From an uncultured beta proteobacterium (GTDB taxonomy: Bacteria > Pseudomonadota > Gammaproteobacteria > Burkholderiales > Burkholderiaceae_D), in contig CAVSPL010000011.1 in NCBI GenBank assembly GCA_963729765.1, positions 9,102 to 73,101 on the forward strand: a stretch of 64,000 nt of DNA, read 5' to 3'. The position numbers and the translations under genes were made by a program. Positions 37,619 through 47,829 of the stretch are shown here, one piece after another. Position 1 is the first letter of the stretch. The number at the start of each line of letters is the position of its first letter. The notes under the pieces are model-generated. The model worked only from the letters and a program-made list of their open reading frames with translations. It was not told the origin of the DNA and ran no database searches.

Positions 37619-38557
37619 ATGAACCTTCACCAACTGCGTTTCGTGCGCGAGGCCGTGCGCCAGAATTACAACCTGACCGATGCCGCCAAGGCCTTGTTCA
37701 CGTCCCAGCCGGGGGTGTCGAAAGCCATCATCGAGCTCGAGGAAGAGCTGGGCGTCGACATTTTCACCCGCCACGGCAAGCGCATCCGCGGGCTGACCGA
37801 GCCGGGCCGGCTGGTGCTCGAGTCGGTCGAATTGATCATGCAGGAAATCGAAAGCCTGAAACGCATCGGCAAGGAATACGCGGCCCACGACAGCGGCAGC
37901 TTCACGATTGCCACCACGCACACCCAGGCGCGCTACATGCTGCCGAAAGTGGTGCAGGCCTTCATGGTCAAGTTTCCGAAGGTACGCCTGTCTCTCCTGC
38001 AAGGCAACCCGAAGCAGATCGCGGACATGGTCAAGTCCGGCCAGGCCGACCTGGCGATCGCCACCGAGGCGATTGCCGCCATCGACGGGCTGGTGACGCT
38101 GCCCTGCTACCAGTGGGAACACGTGGTGGTGGTGCCGCCGGACCACGATTTATTGCGCTCGAAGGCGGTTTCGCTGGAAGAGATTGCCAGCTATCCCCTG
38201 ATCACCTACGATGCCGCCTTTGCGGGCCGCAGCAAGATCGACCACGCATTTTCCTTGCGCGAACTGAAACCGGACGTGCTGCTGGAAGCGATCGACGCCG
38301 ACGTCATCAAGACCTATGTCGAGCTGGGCATGGGCGTGGGCATCATTGCCGGCATGGCCTTCGATGCCGAGCGCGACCGCAACCTGCGCACGATTCCCGT
38401 CGGACACCTGTTCGGCATGAACGTGTCGCGCGTGGCGGTGAAGCAGGGCGCCTACCTGCGCAGTTATATTTATACTTTCATCGAGCTGCTGGCCCCTAGC
38501 CTGACACGCAAGATGGTCGAAGCCGCCATGCGCGGCGGCGAAAACTACGAGCTGTAA
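37619..38557 (+). CDS. cysB: LysR-family regulator CysB/Cbl
   Basis: Intact; MNLHQLRFVRE, TSQPGVSK, IATTHTQARY, DADVIKTYVELG. Confidence 0.95.
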   Translation: MNLHQLRFVREAVRQNYNLTDAAKALFTSQPGVSKAIIELEEELGVDIFTRHGKRIRGLTEPGRLVLESVELIMQEIESLKRIGKEYAAHDSGSFTIATTHTQARYMLPKVVQAFMVKFPKVRLSLLQGNPKQIADMVKSGQADLAIATEAIAAIDGLVTLPCYQWEHVVVVPPDHDLLRSKAVSLEEIASYPLITYDAAFAGRSKIDHAFSLRELKPDVLLEAIDADVIKTYVELGMGVGIIAGMAFDAERDRNLRTIPVGHLFGMNVSRVAVKQGAYLRSYIYTFIELLAPSLTRKMVEAAMRGGENYEL

Positions 38558-38575
38558 CGATTTTCAAGCCGAACT

Positions 38576-39226
38576 ATGAACAATCAACAAGTTGCAAAAT
38601 ATTACGCCCTGCTGGGCGAAGCCCTCGAGGACAAGTACCTCGAGCCGGACATGGACGAAGACATCGACGACATGAGCATCCACCTCGGCAACGTGCTTGC
38701 CGGGCACACGGTGCTGGAACTGGGCTGCGGCACCGGGTTCTGGACCGAAGTGGCGGCCGAGTCGGCCGCTTCCGTGCTGGCGGTGGACATCAATGCCTCG
38801 CTGGTCGACATCGCCCGCGAGCGCCCGATGACGGAAGGCAAAGTCAGCTTCCGCGTGGCGGATGCGCTCGACCTGCCGGAAGACATCGGCAAGTTCTCTG
38901 CCGTGCTGGTCAGTTTCCTGTGGTCGCACCTGAACAAGAAAGAGCAGGAGCAATTGCTGGCGACGTTGAGAAAGCGCCTCGGCAAGGATGTGCTGCTGGT
39001 GATCCTGGACGATGCCTTCGTCGAAGGCTTCAGCGAGACGATCGCCCGCACCGAGCCGGACGGCACGACTTACCAGATCCTGACCACGCCCGAGGGCGAG
39101 CGCATCGAGGTGGCCAAGAGTTACCAGTCGGACAGCGCGCTGAGGAAGCGCCTGGGGACGGCCGTCAAGGAGATCAAGATCGAGCGCATCGAGTTCTTCT
39201 GGATCCTGACCTGCCGCTTGAAATAA
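38576..39226 (+). CDS. Class I SAM-dependent methyltransferase
   Basis: VLELGCGTG motif I, VLAVDIN, FRVADAL. Confidence 0.85.
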   Translation: MNNQQVAKYYALLGEALEDKYLEPDMDEDIDDMSIHLGNVLAGHTVLELGCGTGFWTEVAAESAASVLAVDINASLVDIARERPMTEGKVSFRVADALDLPEDIGKFSAVLVSFLWSHLNKKEQEQLLATLRKRLGKDVLLVILDDAFVEGFSETIARTEPDGTTYQILTTPEGERIEVAKSYQSDSALRKRLGTAVKEIKIERIEFFWILTCRLK

Positions 39227-39247
39227 GGCTAAGCGGGGTCTTGCATG

Positions 39248-39289
39248 AAAAAACGCGCGTAGGCTTTCAAAAGCCACGCGCGTTTTTTT
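39248..39289. terminator. Bidirectional terminator
   Basis: A6-cgcgcgt..ggcttt-ca-aaagcc-acgcgcg-T7 between convergent genes. Confidence 0.85.
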
Positions 39290-39306
39290 ATTCCTTCATC
39301 GAATGC

Positions 39307-40323
39307 TTAGAAGGCGTGGCGCACACCGACGTTGAACACGGTCGGATCCGCGCCCAGCGCGGTTGCCGGCGGGGTCAGGTTGGTCGACGACGAATTCAGG
39401 CCGAACACGCCGCGCGCGTTGTTGCGCATCGAGCCGTAGGTCGTGTAGACGTTGGTGCGCTTCGACAGCGCGTACGAGTAAGCCACCGCCCAGGCGTTGC
39501 CGCGCGCGCCGCTTTCGATCTCGTTGCGCTGCAAGTTCACGAAGAACTTGTTCGCGCCCATGGTGTAGGCCGCGCCCAGGTTGATCTGCTCGAACTTGTT
39601 GTTCGCGCCGGCCTGGTCGGCCTCCAGGTAGTTGGCCTTGACGTCGAAGTCGCCCAGCTTGACGCCGGCGCCGACAGCCAGTTCCTTGTCGTCTTCCGTC
39701 GCCAGGCGTTCCAGCTGGTGGTAGCCGGCGCCGGCGTAGAACGGGCCGTTCGCGTATTCCAGCGCCAGGCCCAGCAGGTTGCCCGATGGACCGTCGGTGG
39801 TGCGCTCGCCGGCCGAGTACGCGGCCAGCAGGCTGAAGCCCGACATCGGCGCGCTCTTGAAGTTCACCGAGTTCGACAGGCGGCGCGTCAGGCGGTTGGC
39901 GTTGAAGGAGGACAGGTTGCTGCCGTAGAAGCCCTGGCCGAAGACGTCGCTGGCGGCGGCGACCGAGGCGATCGGGCTGTATTCGCGGCCCACGGTGACT
40001 TGGCCGAAGTTGCCTTGCAGGCCGACCACCGAGCGGCGGCCGAACAGGGCGGAGTCGGCGGCGCCGGTGTCGAGCGCGACGCCCGCTTCGATGTTGAAGA
40101 TGGCTTTCAGGCCATTGCCCAGGTCTTCGGTACCGCGAAAGCCCAGGCGGCTGCTCGACTGGTTGCCCGAGTTGATGACGGTGCGGCGCTTTTCGCCCGG
40201 TGCGTCGCTGTCCTCGATGGCGACGGCCGCGTCCATGATGCCGTAGATGGTGACGTTGGACTGCGCGTGCGCGAACAGCGGAAGGGTCGTGATCAGCGCG
40301 GCGGCCAGGGCTTTACATTGCAT
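39307..40323 (-). CDS. Betaproteobacterial trimeric porin
   Basis: AHAQSNVTIYGI, SRLGFRGTEDLGNGLKA, YALSKRT, C-terminal GVRHAF. Confidence 0.96.
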   Translation of the reverse strand: MQCKALAAALITTLPLFAHAQSNVTIYGIMDAAVAIEDSDAPGEKRRTVINSGNQSSSRLGFRGTEDLGNGLKAIFNIEAGVALDTGAADSALFGRRSVVGLQGNFGQVTVGREYSPIASVAAASDVFGQGFYGSNLSSFNANRLTRRLSNSVNFKSAPMSGFSLLAAYSAGERTTDGPSGNLLGLALEYANGPFYAGAGYHQLERLATEDDKELAVGAGVKLGDFDVKANYLEADQAGANNKFEQINLGAAYTMGANKFFVNLQRNEIESGARGNAWAVAYSYALSKRTNVYTTYGSMRNNARGVFGLNSSSTNLTPPATALGADPTVFNVGVRHAF

Positions 40324-40329
40324 GAAGAT

Positions 40330-40391
40330 CTCCAATAAGGTGGCGAAGGATTGAGTCGGATAAACTCAAGGTCCAGCGCATCTTATTGGAG
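40330..40391 (-). promoter_or_regulatory. Long hairpin in porin leader sequestering the SD
   Basis: CTCCAATAAG / CTTATTGGAG perfect 10-bp arms plus inner TTGAGT/ACTCAA stem. Confidence 0.6.
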
Positions 40392-40426
40392 CAATATTTC
40401 CTGTTGATGACAGGTTGATACGGTGG

Positions 40427-41592
40427 CTACGCTAACGGTGTGGTCCGCCACCGGCAGCACGATGTCGATCCGGGTGCCGGGCGCCTCGTCGGCGCTGATC
40501 GTGATTTCGCCGCTGCAAGGCCCAGACCCGCTCGCGCATGCCGACCAGGCCGAGCGACTCGGCCTTTTCCATGTCTTCCTCGCGGATGCCGCGCCCGTCG
40601 TCGTGGATCGTGATCAGCAGTTCGCTGTTGATGCGGTACAAATTCATCGTCACCTGGCTGGCGCCGGCATGGCGCGCGATGTTGGTGAGCGCCTCCTGGA
40701 TGATGCGGAAGATGGCGGTGCTGGCCTTGTCGTCCAGGCGCAGCTCGGCTTCGTCGGCCAGCAGTTCGCAGGCGATGCCGTGGCGCTGCGTGAAGTCGTC
40801 GCGCAGGCCCTGCAAGGCGAAGTAGAGCCCGCCTTCGTCGAGGGCGCGCGGGCGCAGGTTGGTGGCGATGCGGCGCAGCGAGGCGATCGCCGTCAGCAGG
40901 TTGCCGTCCATGCCGTGGATCAGGCGCAGCGCGTCCGGGCGTGTGGTCGCAGGCATCCTGCAGCAGGGTCAGGTCCATGCGCAGCGAGGCCAGCAGCTGG
41001 CCGAGGTCGTCGTGCAGTTCGCGCGCGATATGGGTGCGCTCTTCTTCGCGGATGGTCTGCAGCGCCGAGGACAGCTGGCGCAGCTGGTCGTGCGAGCGCG
41101 TCAGCTTGCGCTGCACGCGCTGGCGATCGGAAACGTCGCGCAGGATGATCGTGTAGATGGTGTGGCCGTCGTGCAGGGTGTCGGCGAGCGAGCCTTCGAT
41201 CGCGAAGGTCTCGCCATTCGCGCGCAGGCCGGTGCCGGCGTAATCGGTGCCGCGCCGTCCGGCGCGGCCGTCGGCCTGGAAATACTCGAGCGGGCCTGGC
41301 GTCGCTGCGCGGCGGGCGCCGCGATGAAGCGCGCCAGCGGGCTGCCCTCCATCTGCTGCACGGTCACGCCGAACATGCTGGCCGCCGCCGGATTGGCCAG
41401 CACGATGCGGCTCGTTTCGTCGGCCGCGATGATCGCTTCGCCCGCGTTGTGGACGATGCGCCGGCTATGGCGGGCCGGCGCATCGGCCGTGTCCTCGCCG
41501 TCGACGCCGGCCAGCAGGCGCCCGCCGAGGAGACCGAGCGCAAACATTGCCAGGCCGCGCCCGCGCGGGCGCGCACTGCGCTGTCGTTTCAT
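40427..41592 (-). CDS. PAS sensor histidine kinase (HisKA_3, NarX/UhpB type; frameshifted, 3' end approximate)
   Basis: PAS (IVLANPAAASMFG), EEERTHIARELHDDLGQ, IFRIIQEALTNIARHA, DDGRG, GLVGMRER. Confidence 0.9.
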
Positions 41593-41725
41593 TTGGATAA
41601 GCCTGCGGTAAGCGTCCGCGCGTGCGGACCAAACGCTACGATACGGCGGGCAGGGAAGGGCGTGCTTGAGGGGGGACAAGCGGGCGCAGTCGCGCACCGC
41701 CGTGGTGCGCGAAGGCGAATGCGGA

Positions 41726-42499
41726 TTACATCTGCTTGAACAGGTGCAGGAAGCTGCGGCTCACTTCGAGTTTTTCCGGCCGCCCCTTGACCAGCACCAG
41801 GTGGCGCCCGCGGATATCGCGCGTCACGCCTTCGATGGCGTTGACGTTCACCAGCGTGGCGCGGTGGATCTGCCAGAACAGGGCCGGATCGAGTTCGTCG
41901 GCCAGGTCGCGCACCGGCTTGCTGATCAGGGCCTCGAAGGACGCCGTCTGCACGCAGGTGTATTTTTCGTCGGAACGGAAGAACAGGATGTCCTCGACCG
42001 GAATCATGCGCAAGTCCTGGCCGATGCTGGCCTGGATCCATTGCAGGTGCTTCGGTTTCGGCGCCGCGATCTTTTCGGCCAGCTGCGACAGCATCGCCGT
42101 GACGCTGTCGTTGACGACCAGGCCCGGCTTGTCCAGGCGTGCTTTCAGGCGTTCCTTCAAGCGCTCGACCGTCACCTTCAGGCGCTCCGGTTCCGAGGGT
42201 TTGAGCACGTAATCGACGGCGCCGCGCTCGAAGGCTTCGACCGCGTACTGGTCGTAGGCGGTGACGAACACGATCTGGCTGCGCTCGCCGATCTCGCGCG
42301 CCGCTTCGATGCCGGTCTTGCCGGGCATGCGGATGTCGAGGAAGGTAAAGTCCGGCTTGCACTGGCCGACCAGTTCGACCGCTTCCTCGCCATTTTTCGC
42401 TTCGCCCACGATGTCGAGTTCCGGCCACACCTGCTCCAGGCGCATGCGCAATTGGTCGCGCATCAGTCTTTCATCATCGGCAATAATCGCGGTCGGCAT
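41726..42499 (-). CDS. LytTR-family response regulator
   Basis: IIADDE, FLDIRMP, FVTAYD, DYVLKP, FWQIHRATLVN, VSRSF. Confidence 0.95.
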   Translation of the reverse strand: MPTAIIADDERLMRDQLRMRLEQVWPELDIVGEAKNGEEAVELVGQCKPDFTFLDIRMPGKTGIEAAREIGERSQIVFVTAYDQYAVEAFERGAVDYVLKPSEPERLKVTVERLKERLKARLDKPGLVVNDSVTAMLSQLAEKIAAPKPKHLQWIQASIGQDLRMIPVEDILFFRSDEKYTCVQTASFEALISKPVRDLADELDPALFWQIHRATLVNVNAIEGVTRDIRGRHLVLVKGRPEKLEVSRSFLHLFKQM

Positions 42500-42574
42500 G
42501 GTCGTGGTCCTGGCGGAAAGAGGAAGTGACAATTATTCAACGAAACGGCCTTGCAGGCAAGGCCGGCGGTGGCA

Positions 42575-43841
42575 TTAACGCGAGACCTGGTAGGGCACCT
42601 CGACCATCGCGATCACGCCGGTCGGGCTGTTGGCGGCGATGTGCAGCTGGCCGGCCTCGCCGTGCAGCAGGCGCAGGCGTTCGCGGATCGTCGGCAGGCC
42701 CAGGCCCGTGCCGGTGCTCGGCACGACGCCGAAGCCGACGCCGTCGTCGGTCACGGTGACGCGCAGCTTGTCGTCGGCGACGTCGGCCACGATCTTCAGG
42801 GTGCCGCCCTCGGGTTTGCATTCGAGACCGTGCTTGATCGCATTTTCGACCATCGACTGCAGCATCATCGGCGGGAAGGCGGCGCTGCGCAGGGTGTCGG
42901 GAATGCGCATGTCGACCGTCAGGCGCTCTTCCATGCGCATTTTGAGCAATTGCAGGTAGGCCGTCACCATGTCGACTTCGCGCCCGAGATTGGTGACCAG
43001 GTTGTTGTCGCGCATCTGCGGCAGCACGGCGCGCAGGTACTGGATCAGGCTGCGCTGCATGGCCGAGGCGCGCGGCGGATTGGTCTCGATCAGGTGTTCG
43101 ACGGAAGCGAGCGTATTGAACAGGAAGTGCGGTTCGACCTGCGCCTGCATCATCTGCATGCGCGCTTCGGACAGCTGGCGCTGCATCGACTCGCGCTCGG
43201 CGGCGGCGTTCGCGCTCTGGGTCTGCTGCTCCGCGCGCTTCTTGCCGCCCATCAGCGCCTTGATGCCGAACAGGGCCAGCACCAGCAGGAAGACGAAGCT
43301 GTTGAACCAGGTCGAGGCCTGCTTGTGATAACGCGACACTTTCGCCTCGGCCGCATCGTCGACCGCGCCTTCGATCGCCACCGACAATTCCTCGGCGATT
43401 TGCGGCGGCAGTTCGATGTGGACCGAATCGCTGCCCGGATGGGCGCCTTTCGGCAAGGCCAGGTCGGGCGTGGTGGCCGGCGCGCTGCCGGGGCCGGTGC
43501 TCCCTGCCGCCGGCGCCTCCGGCGGCGCCGGCGGCAGGGGCAGGCGCTTCCGGCGTGCCCGGCTTGGGCTTGTTGCGCGGATTGAAACGGATGCCGCTGT
43601 CGTCGATGACGATGCTGACCTGGTCCTTGCGCGCGGCGCGTTCGGCGGCGGCGGTATCGACCTCGCCGCCGGAAAACAGTTCTTCCTGGAGGATGGCGCC
43701 GGCGATCAGGGTCAGCGCCGCGAACAGGAAGAATTTCCACCACGACAGCTGGGTAACCCAGGTGGCGACGGCATCGAAGGCGCGCACCAGCGACGACAGG
43801 ATGCCGGAAAAATAGTGGTTGGTGGTGCTGCGCGCTTGCAT
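42575..43841 (-). CDS. LytS-type sensor histidine kinase (frameshift near 43540)
   Basis: TM segments, QAQVEPHFLFNTL, LQSMVENAIKHG, DDGVG, GLGL. Confidence 0.93.
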
Positions 43842-44163
43842 GTCTGGGTCTTGTCGTCGATTCGTGGGCGCGAGCGAGTGTACCGCGTCCCTGCCGCCCG
43901 GTGCCGGTTTGCCTTGTCCAGATGGCATGCTCCGGCCCCAGGCTGTTGGAATGTTGCAACTTTACCCCGTCGGCGGCGCGCTGGCATGTCCTTTGCGACA
44001 GCCTGCACGATGCGGGGCGTGGAATGCGCAGGCGCCGCGCCAGGGCCGATGGCTGTCGCGGTCAAACGGATCCATACAAAAGCTGACAATTAGAAACATT
44101 GCACGGTATGATGAATCAACGATTCCCGCCATTTCAGCCAACTATCGACGAAAGGGTACGCCG

Positions 44164-45103
44164 ATGTCAGCCGTTCCAAAACAATTCCGCCTCGTCACCC
44201 GCAGCGACTTCGATGGACTGGTCTGCGCGGTCCTGCTCAAGCACCTGAACCTGATCGACGACATCCTGTTCGTCCACCCCAAGGACATGCAGGACGGCAA
44301 AATCGCGATCACGCAGCGCGACATCACGACCAACCTGCCGTATGTGGCGGGCGCCCACCTGGCCTTCGACCACCACCTGTCCGAGACGATTCGCAATAGC
44401 GGCGTGCGCAGCAACCACGTGATCCAGCCCGACGCACCGTCGGCGGCGCGCGTGGTCTGGGATTACTACGGCGGCGAAAAGGTGTTCCCGGTGGCCTGGC
44501 AGGACATGATGGCCGCCGTCGACAAGGGCGACAGCGCGCGCTTCTCGCGCGAAGAGGTGCTCGAACCGGCCGGCTGGAACCTGCTCAACTTCCTGATGGA
44601 TGCGCGTACCGGCCTGGGCCGCTTCCGCGACTTCCGCATTTCGAATTACCAGCTGATGATGGAATTGATCGAGGCCTGCCGCCATCATTCGATCGATCAA
44701 GATCATGGCGCTGCCCGACGTGCAGGAAAGGACGAAACTGTATTTCGAGCACAGCAGCCTGTGCAAGGAACAGATCCGCCGCTGCGCCCGGGTGCACGCC
44801 AACCTGGTCGTGCTCGACCTGCGCGAAGAGGCGACGATCTTCGCCGGCAACCGTTTTATTATCTATGCGCTGTTCCCCGAGACGAATATCTCGATCCACG
44901 TGTTGTGGGGGCTGAAAAACCAGAACACGGTGTTTGCGACCGGTAAATCGATTCTGAACCGCTCGTCGAAGACGAATATCGGCAGCCTGATGCTGGAATA
45001 CGGCGGGGGCGGGCATGAGAATGCGGGGACCTGCCAGGTGGATAATGCGATGGCGGAGGATGTGCTGGGGGCGTTGGTGCATCGGATTACGAGCGAAGGG
45101 TAG
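44164..45103 (+). CDS. DHH-family phosphoesterase (often annotated exopolyphosphatase; nanoRNase-like)
   Basis: RLVTRSDFDGLVC, FDHH, C-terminal GGGGHENAGT (DHHA1-like). Confidence 0.88.
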
Positions 45104-45148
45104 TCGCAGTTAGTGGGGCTGTTGCCTGTTCTGGTAATGGTTCCTTGA

Positions 45149-45243
45149 ATCCGCGTGGGCACTGTGCCCACCCTACGGGCGGCGCTAGCGGCGAGATCTC
45201 GACCCGGATGACCGTAGGGTGGGCTCTCGAGCCCACGCGGATC
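45149..45243. repeat. Inverted pair of GTAG-type REP palindromes
   Basis: Minus: GTAGGGTGGGCAC-a-GTGCCCACGCGGAT; plus at 45214: GTAGGGTGGGCTC-tc-GAGCCCACGCGGAT. Confidence 0.8.
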
Positions 45244-45278
45244 ATGCACACCGATAACCCCACAGGCAACAGCCCCAC

Positions 45279-47694
45279 TCAAGCCGGCATCCTGTCCCGC
45301 ACCAGATCCCTCGCCGCCTCGGCAACAATCGGCTCGCTCAGCAGCAGCCCCTGCAGCGCCTCGCACCCATGCAAGGTCAGGAAATCGCGCTGCGCCCGGG
45401 TTTCGACCGCATCGCCAATGACCGGCATCTTGAGGTTGTGCCCGATCTCGATCAGGGTGCGCGCCATCGTGCTGCCGTCGCCTTCGGGTTCCTCGGCAAC
45501 GATCGCGTGCACGGCTTCCTTCGACAGTTTCAGCTGGCCCACGGACAGCTCGCGCAGGAAGCCCAGGTCGCGTCATGCCCTGGCCGAATTCGTCGATCGA
45601 CAGCGTCAGGCCGAGCTGGCGCAGCTGCTTGGCCAGGTCGCGCACCTGGCCGGGATTGCGGATCAGGGTTTCCTCGCGCAATTCGATCTGCAGGCTTTCC
45701 GGCGGGAGACCGAAGGCTTTCAGGCGCGCGGCGATGTTCGCCACGAAATCGTGCTGGCCGTATTCGCGCGCCGAAATATTCACCGTCACCGGCACGTCGG
45801 TCACGCCCAGTTCCTTCAGGTCGCGCAGGAAAGCGCAGGCCTGGTCGAGCACCCAGGCGCCGAATTCGACGATGCGTCCGTTCTCTTCGGCCTCGGGCAG
45901 GAAGGCGGACGGCAGCAGCACCCCTTGCTCGGGATGGCGCCAGCGCAGCAGGGCTTCGAAGGAGGCCACCTTGCCGCTCCGCGCATCGATGCAGGGCTGG
46001 TAGAGCATGAACAGCTCGTCGCGTTCGATCGCATGCGACATGCCGGCGTCGAAACGCTGGCGCGCCTCGGTGGTCGATTTCATGTCGTTCGAGAAGAAAT
46101 AGATCTCGTTGCGCCCGGTTGCCTTGGCGTGGTACATGGCGACGTCGGCCGAGCGCACCAGGTCGGCCGAGGTGAGGCCGTCGTGCGGGTAGACCGCGAC
46201 CCCGAGGCTGGCGCCGACCTCGATCTCCTTGTGCATGAAGGACACCGGCTGGGTCAGGCCCTGGCGCAGCCGCTCGATCATGCGCAGCGTGAAGCGCAGC
46301 GAGGGCTGGTTGACCAGCACCAGCACGAACTCGTCGCCCGACAGGCGCGCCACGGTATCGCTGTCGCGCACCGAGGCCTGCAGGCGCCGCGCCACCACTT
46401 TCAGCACCATGTCGCCGGCCTCGTGGCCGTAGGTGTCGTTGATGTTCTTGAAGTTGTTCAGGTCGATCAGGAGGATGGCGATCATCGACTTCTGGCGATG
46501 CGCCATGTGCAGCGCCTGCTCGAGGCGGTCCCACAGCAGGTTGCGGTTGGCCAGGCCCGTGAGCGGGTCGTGGTTGACCTCGTGCTCGAGGTGGGCGGTG
46601 CGCTGCTTGGTGGCGGTGACGTCCATGATGACGCCGATGAAATGGGTGGTGTCGCCATGCTCGTCCCGCACCGGGGTAATGGAGAGGTCGTTCCAGAACA
46701 GTTCGCCGTTCTTGCGCATGTTGCGAAACACCACATTCACCGGCTGGTGCGCGGCGATCGCCTCGTGGACCTGCTAGCGTTCGTTCGTCGTCCATGCCGG
46801 GCGCGGCCATGAAACGCGAATCGCGCCCGATGACGTCCTCGGCACTGTAGCCGGTGATGCGCTCGAAGGCGGGATTGACGTACTCGATCGGGCAGTTGCG
46901 CCCGTCGATGCCGGTGATGACGATGCCGTTGCTGGCCGCATGCAGGGCGCGCTCGCGCAGGCGCAGCATGCGTTTCCTGGTGGCGCCGCGCCGTGATGTC
47001 CATGCCCATGCCGAACAGGTAATGGCCGCCATTGCAGTTCGACGCGCGCCCCGCACAGCAGCATCGGCGTCTCGCGTCCGCTGCGTGACAATGACGGTGG
47101 CCTCGAGCGCGACTTCCTCGCCGTTCTCGAACACGCGGCGGATGCTCTCGGCGATCAGCGGCCGCGTCTGCAGGTCGAACAAGTTCGAGCGCGCTGGTCG
47201 GCCGCCATTTCTTCGGGCGCGAGCTCGGTGGTGCGCTCGTGGTTGCGGTTCCAGAGCACGAAGCGGCCGTCGCGGTTGAGGGCGTAGACGGTGCCGGGCA
47301 GGAAGTCGACGACGGCGGCCAGCGGCGTACGGCCGACCAGTACCGAATCGGGCGTGTTGTCGTCGTGCACGTTGTCGATCGCCGCCACCCAGAAGCGGTT
47401 GATGCCGTCGGCGCCGGTTTGCGGGAACAAGCGCCAGTTCCGCCTTCACCGTGCCGCCGCCGGTATGGCGCAGCACGACCCGGTTGGTACGGCCATGGTT
47501 CTCCGCCAGGCCGTGCCAGCGCTCGCCGCGGTCCTCCGGGTCGGTTCCGATCAGCAAGGTCACCGAATGGGTGTCCGATGACATCCGCGGCGTACAAACC
47601 CGAGCAGCTGTTCGCACGCATGATTCCAGGTCGCGATGATGCCTGCCCCGTCGACAAGGAAGGCGGCATTGGCTGTCGGTACGAACGTGGTCAT
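45279..47694 (-). CDS. Triple-PAS diguanylate cyclase with degenerate EAL domain (frameshifted)
   Basis: PAS domains, HDPLTGLANR, RDSD-x5-SGDEF; EALLRW present but DEFGQG, KLSK and GDAVE replace catalytic motifs. Confidence 0.9.
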
Positions 47695-47781
47695 GCTGGG
47701 CGCCTTTCACCGTGGGCATCCTCAGTTGGACTGGACTAGCGTACACCCGTTCCCGAACATCGTGTCGCGGTTGTGTAAACG

Positions 47782-47812
47782 CAAAAAGCCACGCGCGCTG
47801 CGTGGCTTTTTG
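47782..47812 (-). terminator. Terminator downstream of NMO-family gene
   Basis: caaaaa-gccacgc-gcgct-gcgtggc-tttttg. Confidence 0.85.
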
Positions 47813-47829
47813 AACGAACAGGGCAGGGA

